Positions 18,529-28,160 of a DNA stretch of 64,000 bases are shown here, in pieces. The notes beneath the pieces were generated by a model. The model ran no database searches. It was not told the origin of the DNA and saw only the letters and a list, made by a program, of their open reading frames with translations. Where the stretch lies: positions 62,001 through 126,000 of the IMG/VR virus record IMGVR_UViG_3300049217_000071; one strand, 5' to 3'. Each line of letters starts with the position of its first letter. Position 1 is the stretch's first letter. Both the position numbers and the translations under genes were made by a program.

Positions 18529-19830
18529 ATGGTGCGATTTGTCGGAGTCAAAGACAACTACATTTGTGTAGTCTCAGATAGTTCATTTACTGACGAAACT
18601 CTACAAGTGATAGAGGTTCCGGCCGAATTGTCGCACATTTCTCCTACTGACCTGATTACTAACTGTATTATAAAAAATGGTCAGATTAGATGTAAAAGCT
18701 CCCATAAGCCAACTAATCAACTAAAGGTAGCATTAGTAGGCAATTGGAAAATGAGATGTGGTATCGCTACCTATTCAGAACACCTCTGGCCCCAAGTCGT
18801 CAAGTATATTGGTGATTACAAACTCTTCATAGAGAAAAACGATTTGCCGACCGGCGACATTCACCAAATAGGTGATCAGATGATCCCTGATTCACAAGTA
18901 GTGGCTTGTTGGAAACGTGGCGAATCTCTCCGACCTTTGATCAAAGAGTTGAAAGAATATCACCCAGACATCGTTTGGATTCAGCACGAGTTTGGTTTGT
19001 GGCCCAACGCCAGTTATTGGTTGGCTATGATGAACCAGCTCTCTGATTATCGAGTCATCGTCACGATGCACTCCGTTTTCCATCACCGAGACAAGACCAT
19101 CATCGAGGCCTCAATGCCAGAGATTGTGGTGCACCTGGAGGGCGCCAAGAAACTTCTGCAAGAAGAAAAGGGCTTGAGTGCCAAGGTGTCTGTTATTCCT
19201 CACGGCTGCTACGATTATAACGGAGAGCGCCTGTGGAATACCTACAAGTCTCAAAAGACTTTCTTGCAGTTTGGGTTTGGGTTTCGCTACAAAGGATGGG
19301 AAAACGCCATTCGAGCTACTGCCCTTCTCAAAGAGAAGTATCCTGACATCTTTTTCACTGGTTTGTTTTCCGAATCTCCTTATGCCAAAACAGAGCACCA
19401 AATGTATTACAATGAGCTAATGCGTTTGGTAGACGAGTTGGGAGTGCGGGAAAATGTCTCCATCTTGCGAGGTTATCAGTCGGATGCCGCTTTGGACAGC
19501 TTCTTACGCACCAATCAGGCCACTATTTTCCCTTACATCTCTCATCCAGAACATGAAGTCTTTGGGGCTTCGGGAGCGGCTCGTATGGCTATGTCCAAAG
19601 GGCTGCCTGTCATCACCTCTTCCGTCAATCATTTCTCGGATTTACCTACTATCAAGGCCGATTCGCCAGAAGAGATTGCTCAAGCTTTGGAAAACCTTTT
19701 CACTGTCTCGGGTGCTAAGGAAAAGCAGATCCAAGCCCAAATAAGCTATATACAGGAAAACACTTGGGAAAAAGTTGGTTTACGCTACATCTCTCTCCTT
19801 GAAGATGAAATTGTTGATAAAAAACGATAA
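18529..19830 (+). CDS. GT4-like glycosyltransferase
   Basis: CGIATYS, IQHEFG, IPHG, FGF...YKG.E, GASGA...AM..G.PVI. Confidence 0.9.
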   Translation: MVRFVGVKDNYICVVSDSSFTDETLQVIEVPAELSHISPTDLITNCIIKNGQIRCKSSHKPTNQLKVALVGNWKMRCGIATYSEHLWPQVVKYIGDYKLFIEKNDLPTGDIHQIGDQMIPDSQVVACWKRGESLRPLIKELKEYHPDIVWIQHEFGLWPNASYWLAMMNQLSDYRVIVTMHSVFHHRDKTIIEASMPEIVVHLEGAKKLLQEEKGLSAKVSVIPHGCYDYNGERLWNTYKSQKTFLQFGFGFRYKGWENAIRATALLKEKYPDIFFTGLFSESPYAKTEHQMYYNELMRLVDELGVRENVSILRGYQSDAALDSFLRTNQATIFPYISHPEHEVFGASGAARMAMSKGLPVITSSVNHFSDLPTIKADSPEEIAQALENLFTVSGAKEKQIQAQISYIQENTWEKVGLRYISLLEDEIVDKKR

Positions 19831-19835
19831 GATCT

Positions 19836-20036
19836 ATGAAATTGTCGCTTGACGGCACTGACATCCTAACTGGTAAGCCAGCTGATACTCAAGTTTCCAA
19901 GGATATGTGGGTAGTCGATGGAATGAAATCCATTTCTCTCAAGGCTTGGCCTGAAGATAACAATGGTGGGGCCGCCTTCATCTTTACCAGCGCTAACAAT
20001 AGCGTAGCTGTTCATACTCACGGCGATTTGTCTTAA
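19836..20036 (+). pseudogene. probable fragment of a longer phage gene
   Basis: ends abruptly at the start of the HNH remnant. Confidence 0.4.
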
Positions 20037-20208
20037 CGGAATTGATAGAGTTGACAACGAGACGGGTTATATATTGGATAACTGTATTACGTGTTGTAAG
20101 ATATGCAATTACGCCAAATCTACGATGCCTTACGAAGATTTCATTACGTGGATCGATAATCTTGTCAAATATCGAGTATCACTAAATAATACGGAGAATG
20201 TCCTATGA
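20035..20208 (+). pseudogene. HNH endonuclease C-terminal remnant
   Basis: no start; NGIDRVDNETGYILDNCITCCKICNYAK, same family as the 10193 and 24278 HNHs; stop overlaps NAMPT ATG. Confidence 0.88.
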
Positions 20209-21602
20209 ATGAGAATTACCTGTTTGATACTGACAGCTATAAAGCAAGCCATTATCTTCAGTATCCCGAAAAAACCACGAGTATGTTTTCTTACGTCGAA
20301 AGCAGGGGCGGAGATTACAATGCAACCGTTTTCTTTGGGCTACAATACTTCCTCAAGGCTTATCTTACTTATCGCGTTACGCCCAAGGATGTGGAAGAAG
20401 CTAAAGAGTTCTATACTGCTCATGGCGTGCCATTCAATTATGATGGTTGGATGTATGTTGCTAAAGACCTAAAAGGTAGGTTGCCTGTCAGGATTAGGGC
20501 AGTGCCAGAGGGAACTATCGTTCCAACCCACAATATCTTGGTAAGCATCGAATCGACCGATCCTAAGGCCTTTTGGGTTGTTTCCTGGTTGGAGACAATG
20601 TTGCTACGATACGTGTGGTATGGAACTACCGTAGCCACCAGAAGTCGTAGAATTAGGCAGACAATCTTGGAAGCTTTGCGAAAGACTGCCGATGCTCCTG
20701 ATACAGAAATCAGCTTCAAACTTCATGACTTTGGTTCTCGTGGGGTGAGCAGCCAGGAAAGTGCTATGCTTGGAGGCGCAGCTCATCTCATCAATTTTAT
20801 GGGCAGCGATACCATCGCGGGCATCAGATGCGCTAACAAATACTACGACTGCCCGATGGCAGGTTTTAGTATTCCTGCTGCGGAACACTCTTCTATCACT
20901 TCGTGGGGTAAAGAACACGAGGTAGATGCGTATGCCAACATGCTAACACAGTTTGCCAAACCAGGAGCTTTGGTAGTTGTGGTAAGCGATAGCTATGATT
21001 TGTGGAATGCCTGTGAGCATCTCTGGGGCGAACAGCTCAAGCAGAAAGTTATAGATTCCGGTGCGACGGTTGTAATTCGTCCTGATAGTGGCCATCCTCC
21101 GGCCGTAGTGCTCAAGACCCTACAGATATTGGATAGTAAGTTTGGACACACAATCAATACTAAGGGGTATAAAGTCTTGAACAATGTTAGGGTTATCCAA
21201 GGTGATGGCATCAATGAGCACTCGATAAGAGACATTCTGAATGAGTTTATGTGGGATAAATACAGTGCCACCAATGTTGCCTTTGGTATGGGTGGTCAGC
21301 TATTGCAAGGTCTCAACCGAGACACTCTCAAGTTTGCTATGAAGTGTTCTTCCATTACTGTCAATGGTGAAGTGCGAGATGTCTTCAAGGATCCGATCAC
21401 CGATCACGGTAAAGTAAGCAAGGCAGGACGCTTGGATCTGGTCAAACGAGATGGTCATTTTGAGACGATTGAGATTAGCCGAGGAGACCAGGCTTCTCAC
21501 GACAACTTCAGTGAGATGCAAACTGTCTATGAGAACGGTCAGATTTTGATTGACGATACGTTCGAGAATATCCGTGCTCGTGCTAAAGGAGAAATGGTAT
21601 AA
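20205..21602 (+). CDS. nadV: nicotinamide phosphoribosyltransferase (NAMPT)
   Basis: TDSYKASH, HDFGSRG, SIPAAEHS, VSDSYD, IRPDSG, IQGDG, FGMGG.LLQ, RDT..FA.K. Confidence 0.95.
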   Translation: MNENYLFDTDSYKASHYLQYPEKTTSMFSYVESRGGDYNATVFFGLQYFLKAYLTYRVTPKDVEEAKEFYTAHGVPFNYDGWMYVAKDLKGRLPVRIRAVPEGTIVPTHNILVSIESTDPKAFWVVSWLETMLLRYVWYGTTVATRSRRIRQTILEALRKTADAPDTEISFKLHDFGSRGVSSQESAMLGGAAHLINFMGSDTIAGIRCANKYYDCPMAGFSIPAAEHSSITSWGKEHEVDAYANMLTQFAKPGALVVVVSDSYDLWNACEHLWGEQLKQKVIDSGATVVIRPDSGHPPAVVLKTLQILDSKFGHTINTKGYKVLNNVRVIQGDGINEHSIRDILNEFMWDKYSATNVAFGMGGQLLQGLNRDTLKFAMKCSSITVNGEVRDVFKDPITDHGKVSKAGRLDLVKRDGHFETIEISRGDQASHDNFSEMQTVYENGQILIDDTFENIRARAKGEMV

Positions 21603-21622
21603 ATTGTTTGAGATATTAAAAA

Positions 21623-22189
21623 ATGATATACGCCATCAGTTTCAAGCATAAGATTCCTGAGGGCGTCCTGTCTATGGATGTGACGTCCAGGTCAGGCACC
21701 TGGGGTAGGCACTTTAGCCCTTTCAATCTGGGGCCGGTCGATCTATATGACGGCTATGTGTCCCGCAACATCGAGAATGCCTTTCAGTATTCCAAGGTGT
21801 ATGCGGAATATTCTACCGTCTATGAACTGCCGGCTCCCCATTATTGGGAGTGGGCCAAAGCTGGTTGGGATAATCCTAAACCCAACAAGTATCCTATGGG
21901 TGCTTGGAACAAACACTTGTATCATTGGTGGGATAATAAGAAGCTGACCAACCTGGAAGCTCAAAACCAAATCTTCTTACCTCTCTACAAGAAGGCGGTG
22001 ATTGATACGCCAGCTTTCAAGAAACTGAAGGACAATTATCTGCATTCCGACAAGGATATTTATTTGATTGACTTCGAGGGGTATAATCATCGATTTTTGG
22101 AAAAGACCTGGGATCAGGTTATAAATGATCCCGACCGACCTGTGGGGCAAGCTTTTGCCCTGTGTATGTTGTTAGAAGGATACTTATGA
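21623..22189 (+). CDS. uncharacterised protein, paralog 1 (DUF6939-like, possibly NADAR-related)
   Basis: DVTSRS, FSPF, IENAFQYSKVY, YPMG, DFEGY. Confidence 0.7.
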   Translation: MIYAISFKHKIPEGVLSMDVTSRSGTWGRHFSPFNLGPVDLYDGYVSRNIENAFQYSKVYAEYSTVYELPAPHYWEWAKAGWDNPKPNKYPMGAWNKHLYHWWDNKKLTNLEAQNQIFLPLYKKAVIDTPAFKKLKDNYLHSDKDIYLIDFEGYNHRFLEKTWDQVINDPDRPVGQAFALCMLLEGYL

Positions 22190-22749
22190 TTCATGTCATT
22201 GGGCCTAATGATAAAGCTCCTGAAGGGGCTGCCATCATCAATACTACTTCCAGATCGAATACCTGGAGTCATTCACTGAGCCACTTTTTCTGTGGCCCCG
22301 TGGATTTATATGGTGGCTACAAATCTCTCAATGTGGAGAATGCTTGGCAGTTTTCCAAAGTGTATGAATACTACTTGGAAGCGGATGGTTCTGTAGGAGA
22401 ACGATACTTCAAGTGGGCCCAAGACGGATGGAACGATAAGTATGCTCATCGATATCCAATGGGTAAAGGAGTGGCCCCTCTGTTTTCCTATTGGGACGGA
22501 TATAGCCTGACATATGTAGAGGCTCGTAAAAAGATTTACATTCCTCTGTATTCTAAGGCGGTGCAAGAAACTTTCGCCTTTGAGAAATTGAAAAAGATGC
22601 ATCAGGAAGGCGCCGACCTTTACTTGTGGGATTTCGATGGTTATGATCATAAGATGTGCAATTTGTCTTATGAGCAGGTCATCAATAATCCTGACAGGAA
22701 GATGGGACACGCTTTTGTCATTGCAATGTTGTTAGAAGGCCACTTATGA
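22186..22749 (+). CDS. uncharacterised protein, paralog 2
   Basis: TTSRS, VENAWQFSKVY, YPMG, ARKKIYIPLY, DFDGY, GHAF. Confidence 0.75.
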   Translation: MIHVIGPNDKAPEGAAIINTTSRSNTWSHSLSHFFCGPVDLYGGYKSLNVENAWQFSKVYEYYLEADGSVGERYFKWAQDGWNDKYAHRYPMGKGVAPLFSYWDGYSLTYVEARKKIYIPLYSKAVQETFAFEKLKKMHQEGADLYLWDFDGYDHKMCNLSYEQVINNPDRKMGHAFVIAMLLEGHL

Positions 22750-23042
22750 TGACTATCGAAGAAGAGATTCAACATCTCATTACGTTTTTACGACACCCTG
22801 GTGGATTCGATGTAGATATGAGTGGGATCTTATGTATTCGTCCTATTGATGAGGGCTCTCCTCCTACTTCCTGGGAAGTTGATTGGGAAGAGATAGATGA
22901 CGGTATCATCCTCAATTTCTCAAAAGAATTTCCCAACCTTGAAGAGGCGGCTCAGTTCTTCGTGGAGAAAAGGCACTACCTGTGTGAAGGTGCGGATTTT
23001 CAATTGATAAGAATGAAAGAAGCGGGATTGATCAATGAGTAA
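22746..23042 (+). CDS. hypothetical protein
   Basis: ATGA coupling. Confidence 0.6.
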   Translation: MMTIEEEIQHLITFLRHPGGFDVDMSGILCIRPIDEGSPPTSWEVDWEEIDDGIILNFSKEFPNLEEAAQFFVEKRHYLCEGADFQLIRMKEAGLINE

Positions 23043-23949
23043 TGTCATACTGGGAACGGCAGTAGCGGATGCTTTGGGAATGCCCTTCGAGAAGAAGCTG
23101 TCTAACGACCCGCTTTTGTTGGCTTGGGACGGTAAGACCTTTTTAGGCAGCGAGCATCATAAGCTGAAGCCGGGTCAATGGACAGACGATTCGCAATTCT
23201 CTCAGGCGGTTGCCCAATCTCTGATTCAGAATAATGGATTCAATCCACAGGATTTGGCCGATCGTTATGTGGATCTGTTTACTTCGGAAACCATTCGAGG
23301 TTATGGAAGAACTACTTTGTTGGCCGTGACCAACCTCTTGGAAGGGAAGCACTGGAGTGAATCTGGCGTAGCCGGTTCCTATGGTAATGGCACGGCAATG
23401 AGAGCCGCCCCCTTCGGTATTTACTTCCGCAATGACTTGAAGATGTTGGTAGAGGCTTGCAAGATTGATAGCGCCATCACTCATGCTTCCGAAGAAGCCG
23501 AGGCCGGTTCTATCGCCATTGCTTTGGCCACAGCCTATGCGGTCAATAATGATCTGGAAGATGTATTGGAGCGCCTGCATGAGAAACTGCCTGACAGTAA
23601 GGTCAAGACACTGGTGTATAGTTTGAGTGCCTTGCTGGATACCAAGCACATTGCTCCTTCAACGGCTCTGCGTGTTCTGGGCACCAAGGCTGATGTGAGA
23701 GAGACAGTGCCTTCTGCCCTATATTGCTTCCTCAAGTTCAAGAAGTATGGGGACGCTGTTATTGCGGCTATTCGAGCCGGGGGAGATACTGATACTACAG
23801 GCGCCATTGTTGGCGCGATGTTTGGAGCTAAGCTGGGGATGAACGGAATGGATCGTGCCATCTATCAGCAGGTAGAAGATTTCGATAAGCTGGTGGAATT
23901 AGATAGCCAGCTTTACAATCGATCCAACGACAACTTTCTAAGGAACTAA
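23035..23949 (+). CDS. ADP-ribosylglycohydrolase (DraG/ARH family)
   Basis: G.AVADALG, WTDD, GNG.AMR, ITH, GGDTDT.GA. Confidence 0.95.
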   Translation: MSNVILGTAVADALGMPFEKKLSNDPLLLAWDGKTFLGSEHHKLKPGQWTDDSQFSQAVAQSLIQNNGFNPQDLADRYVDLFTSETIRGYGRTTLLAVTNLLEGKHWSESGVAGSYGNGTAMRAAPFGIYFRNDLKMLVEACKIDSAITHASEEAEAGSIAIALATAYAVNNDLEDVLERLHEKLPDSKVKTLVYSLSALLDTKHIAPSTALRVLGTKADVRETVPSALYCFLKFKKYGDAVIAAIRAGGDTDTTGAIVGAMFGAKLGMNGMDRAIYQQVEDFDKLVELDSQLYNRSNDNFLRN

Positions 23950-23953
23950 GATC

Positions 23954-24223
23954 GTGAAAAAGAAAAATGTCAAACCCAAAGAAACTACTATTCAGATAAA
24001 GTTCGCCAATGAAGCTGCTGCGCATCATTTTGCACTCTGGCTGTGTGAGGGCGGTGAGCAAGATTATTGGAATTGGATGGAGTATCGTGAACGAGAAGAA
24101 AAGGGCGATATTACTGTTGTCATTTTTGATTATCACGGCCCCGAAGATAAGCCAGAACTTTGTGGTGAGTTTATGCACGATAACACAATTAGAACCACTG
24201 TAGGTCGATTAGATAAAGATTAG
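23954..24223 (+). CDS. hypothetical protein
   Basis: WLCEGGEQDY..WM. Confidence 0.65.
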   Translation: MKKKNVKPKETTIQIKFANEAAAHHFALWLCEGGEQDYWNWMEYREREEKGDITVVIFDYHGPEDKPELCGEFMHDNTIRTTVGRLDKD

Positions 24224-24228
24224 CTCTC

Positions 24229-24273
24229 TGCTCCTACTATGTCAATATCGCGGTATATATGATAGTAGGAGCA
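24229..24273 (+). promoter_or_regulatory. 12-bp hairpin occluding the HNH RBS, with promoter motif in the loop
   Basis: TGCTCCTACTAT / ATAGTAGGAGCA; loop contains CGCGGTATATA. Confidence 0.75.
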
Positions 24274-24277
24274 AACG

Positions 24278-24853
24278 ATGAAAAACGCTGATTATGTGGG
24301 CATCGAGATCAATGGGCTGAAAATTGTAGGATATCGATGCACCAAAGGTGCCAGTCGCCGAACATATTTTACCTGCATTTGTCTTTGTGGTAAAGAGTTT
24401 GAGTCGCGTGCTGAAGCTATTAAAAATGGTATGGCCAGAAGCTGTGGGTGTAAGACTTCTGAATTGATGTCTGCGGCCCATACTTTAGATGGTGATTTTG
24501 CCGCCATAAATATAGTCTATAGACGTTACAAATACACGGCAAAAAGAAAAAGCATACCGTTTTTACTATCATCAGATCAATTCAAGCAATTTATTTTTCA
24601 GGATTGCAGTTATTGTGGAGCTAAACCAAAATTGTCTATTATGAAAATTGGTGGTAATGCAGGCCGAAAAACTGTCAAACAACTGACATATAACGGAATT
24701 GATCGTGTAGATAATAACATTGGCTATACAGTTAGTAATTGTATTACGTGTTGCTCATTTTGTAATGGTGCCAAGTCTGATTTTTCGTTGGAAGAATTTC
24801 GGATTTGGATCAAACAACTCGTCTCATTTATGAATGGTAGGAATAATGCCTGA
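24278..24853 (+). mobile_element. free-standing HNH endonuclease gene
   Basis: CICLCG, SCGC, CSYCG, NGIDRVDN..GY...NCITCC..CN.AK. Confidence 0.9.
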
Positions 24854-26354
24854 TAAAAAATGGAGTAAGTTCCCGCCCAAGAAGCCGGATAATTCGCACA
24901 TTATTTTGCCGCGATTGAAGCTAAATTGGTCGGAGTTTCAGAAAGATGTGTTTCGCAATATTGCTAAAGCTGATGAAGGGCACTTGATCGTAGAGGCTTA
25001 TGCTGGAGCGTCCAAGACCACTACTATCATTGAAAGTTTCCGATACATACCAAAAGGTAAAAAATCTATCGCTTTGGCTTTCAACAAAAAGATACAAGAG
25101 GAATTGCAGGCGCGTGCACCGTCCTATATTGAAACCTTTACTTTTCACTCTTTAGGTTATCGTGCTATCAGGCAAAGATTTGGTAATGTAGAGCTGGATG
25201 ATAACAAGGTTTTTACTCTAATCAAAAACCAGTTAGATAAAGACACGGATTACGAATTGATTATCGCTCTTTGCGAAACTGTGGCGTTTTGTAAATATGG
25301 ATTGCTGGACACTTTCAATCAAATCTCTAATTTGATCGATCATTTCGGTATCGATTTATGTGAGATGGATCGTAAAGTATTTATTGGTATAGTTACCAAA
25401 ACTCTTGGTTATGATAAGGCACAGACAGACAAGATCGACTTCAACGATATGTGTTGGCTCCCGTTTGTCTATAACTTACCGTTAGGTCAATATGACTATG
25501 TCTATATAGACGAGCGACAAGATCTCAATAAATCTCAGTTAGTTATGGTCAAGAAAGCGTGTCGTGCCAATACTGGACGTATAATTGCAGTTGGTGATGA
25601 AAATCAGGCATTATACTCTTGGCGTCTTGCTGACACCTCAATCATTGATGAGATCAAAAGTTTGCCCACTACAAAAACACTACCACTCCCAATCTCTTAT
25701 CGTTGTCCTAAAGTGATTATTGACCTGGCGAAGAACTGGGTATCAGATATTAGTTGCCCGCCAACCGCCATTGACGGGGAGATTAGAGACATTTCTCTGA
25801 ACGAACTTTATAAGTTGGTGAAGCCGGGGTGCTTCATCCTGTCGCGCACCAACGCGCCAATGGTTAAAATTTGTATGGCCCTCATAAGAAATGGCACCAA
25901 GGCCAACATCCGAGGCCGTGATGTCGGCCGACAGCTTCAGTCCCTGATCAAGAAGTCCAAGAAGAAGAGCATCGCTCTCTTTCTCAAATGGTTGGAGGAC
26001 TGGAAAAAGGAAGAAGTGGCCAGATTGAGGGAAAAGAATCTCAATCCGGAGAACGTTTTGGATCGAGTGGAATGTCTGACCAATCTCTGTGATGAATGCA
26101 CTACCCTATCAGAAGTTTCCGATAAGATAGGTGAGTTGTTCGATGATTCCGATGAGAACAACATTGTCATCCTGAGCACGGTGCATAGGGCCAAAGGCTT
26201 GGAAAGGGATGACGTTTTCCTACTCCGCTGGACCTTCCGAGTTTGGTTCGACCAGATGGAAGACATTGAAAAGCCCAATGAAGAAGCCAACATTGCTTAT
26301 GTAGCGGCCACTCGTGCCAAAAAGCGTTTGTTTATCGTGCAAAGAGCTATCTGA
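24846..26354 (+). CDS. UvrD/Rep-family SF1 helicase
   Basis: AYAGASKTT, TFHSLG, IDERQD, VGD..QALY, SYRCP, LSRTN, STVHRAKGLE, YVA.TRAK. Confidence 0.93.
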   Translation: MPDKKWSKFPPKKPDNSHIILPRLKLNWSEFQKDVFRNIAKADEGHLIVEAYAGASKTTTIIESFRYIPKGKKSIALAFNKKIQEELQARAPSYIETFTFHSLGYRAIRQRFGNVELDDNKVFTLIKNQLDKDTDYELIIALCETVAFCKYGLLDTFNQISNLIDHFGIDLCEMDRKVFIGIVTKTLGYDKAQTDKIDFNDMCWLPFVYNLPLGQYDYVYIDERQDLNKSQLVMVKKACRANTGRIIAVGDENQALYSWRLADTSIIDEIKSLPTTKTLPLPISYRCPKVIIDLAKNWVSDISCPPTAIDGEIRDISLNELYKLVKPGCFILSRTNAPMVKICMALIRNGTKANIRGRDVGRQLQSLIKKSKKKSIALFLKWLEDWKKEEVARLREKNLNPENVLDRVECLTNLCDECTTLSEVSDKIGELFDDSDENNIVILSTVHRAKGLERDDVFLLRWTFRVWFDQMEDIEKPNEEANIAYVAATRAKKRLFIVQRAI

Positions 26355-26369
26355 ATAACTCAGCATTTA

Positions 26370-27608
26370 GTGGAGATGCTCCGCTTTAGAATGCTTGCCA
26401 GGGATGTCAATTCCATTCCCACACAATACCGAACTTGGGTTGTTCCCAATACACCAGATTATACGGGTCAGTTCTATACTGGTCTCAAATCTGGACCGGC
26501 CCCTTTTGTGGATGTTTTAGCTTTCGCTATCACTGACGATTCGGTCATTGCGGATTTCAACCTACCCTTACCAGCAGATTGGAATGCCGGCGCCCCAATT
26601 GTGCCTGTCGCTTTTCCTATCCAACTGAACCTACCTTTTCCGGTAGAAGATTCCCAACTGGCCATCATTGACGGTTATGCCTATATGTTTGGTGGCAAGC
26701 TGACTGACAAGATTTTTAGAGCTGACATCAATAATCCGGCCAATTGGTTTGATACTGGCGCCACTTTACCTACACCACTGTATGGTAGCTCCTTGGCCAT
26801 TGTCAGTGATACTATCTATCTATTTGGTGGGGATGATGGTTATGGAGCAGGCGAGGGGCCTCTGGGTGCTATTTACTCTGCACCTGTCAGCAATCCATTA
26901 GATTGGACTAATACCGGGCACACTTTACCAGAGCCTCTACTTTATTCCAGCTTGGGAATGTTTAGTGGAAAGCTGTATCTATTTGGTGGATTGACTCCTG
27001 CCGGAGCCACCGATGTTATCTATAGTGCTGCTACATCCAGTCCATTGAATTGGATTGCTGATGGCTATATACCGGTGCCAGTTTATGGTTCCAGTGTGGC
27101 GCAGTTGGATGGATATTGGTTCTTATATGGTGGGCAGCTAACCCCCGATGCAGCTACCGGCGCTATTTGGACGGCCTCGACTTCCGATCCTACTTTCTGG
27201 TATCCAGATGGATATTTGCCTTGGCCATGTTCTTTCGGACAGTTTGTTACGGCCGGCAATGATGGCTACTTGTTTGGACCGATGCCAGGTTCCGCACCTA
27301 TGGGATATACGCACATTGTGCAATCCCATATATCTGCTCCTGAAACTTGGATAGACATCAAGCGATTCATTCCGGCTAATATTTCTCACTCACAAGTGGC
27401 TATCATCTATGATCGAATATGGTTCTTTGGAGGTAGTGGGGAGACTGGTATTTTTGCTTGCAACCAGAATGTCAAGTATCCGCTGTATAGTCCGGTAGTA
27501 GAAGGTTATGGTCAGGCTACCCGCGTTCTTTTTCCAATGACGAACAATGTGGCTAATCCGTTCTTGGCATTAGGTTTTCCATATTGGAAAACCGATTATT
27601 CGATGTAA
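26370..27608 (+). CDS. Kelch-like repeat protein (possible virion protein)
   Basis: repeated YLFGG...IY.A....P..W...G.LP. Confidence 0.8.
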   Translation: MEMLRFRMLARDVNSIPTQYRTWVVPNTPDYTGQFYTGLKSGPAPFVDVLAFAITDDSVIADFNLPLPADWNAGAPIVPVAFPIQLNLPFPVEDSQLAIIDGYAYMFGGKLTDKIFRADINNPANWFDTGATLPTPLYGSSLAIVSDTIYLFGGDDGYGAGEGPLGAIYSAPVSNPLDWTNTGHTLPEPLLYSSLGMFSGKLYLFGGLTPAGATDVIYSAATSSPLNWIADGYIPVPVYGSSVAQLDGYWFLYGGQLTPDAATGAIWTASTSDPTFWYPDGYLPWPCSFGQFVTAGNDGYLFGPMPGSAPMGYTHIVQSHISAPETWIDIKRFIPANISHSQVAIIYDRIWFFGGSGETGIFACNQNVKYPLYSPVVEGYGQATRVLFPMTNNVANPFLALGFPYWKTDYSM

Positions 27609-27627
27609 TTTTTCACGATGGCGGGGC

Positions 27628-27655
27628 TTGACAGCTCTTCCTCAATGATTAGGTT
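27628..27655 (+). promoter_or_regulatory. sigma70-type promoter
   Basis: TTGACA-16nt-TAGGTT. Confidence 0.6.
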
Positions 27656-27661
27656 TTTGCT

Positions 27662-28156
27662 ATGGAAGACTATAATTCTCCCGAGGCCGTCAAAGCACGA
27701 GCCGACCAAGAAGATCCTATTGTGATGTATCTCATCTACCACGAAGGTATTGGGATGGGTACGGGTAAGGCTTGAGCTCAATCAGGGCATGCGGCCGTGA
27801 TGGTGACGCTGGATTACTTCAAGCTGAAAGAAGAGTCCGTCAAACTACAGAGAGTGATACGAGATAATATGTCGTATCACGGTGAGTCCCCCGCTCCCGA
27901 ACTCTTGAAGTATAAAGAGATGGCCCCTTTACTTTCTATCTTTGGCGAGTGGCTCAATACTTCCTACCGCAAAGTGACATTGACCGCCAATGATAAAGAG
28001 TGGGCCAAGATCAAAGCTGAACCGATGTATAAAGCTATGGTGATAGATGCCGGTCTGACGCAGATACCGGCCGGTAGCGAAACGTTCATCGGTCTCTGGC
28101 CGATGCGTAAGAGTCAGCGTCCCAAGTGTATCAAACGTTTGCAAGCCTTGGAATAA
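27662..28156 (+). pseudogene. peptidyl-tRNA hydrolase Pth2-type gene with one in-frame TGA (27773-27775)
   Basis: MYLI...MGTGKA*AQSGHA, RKVTL, DAGLTQI..GS.T..GLWP. Confidence 0.85.
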
Positions 28157-28160
28157 AACG

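Noticed and set aside
7500-26370. Possible late promoter AATA-N5-GCAT before structural-like genes (e.g. ~7530 minus, ~26355 plus)
   Set aside because: Too few and too degenerate instances in this window to support.
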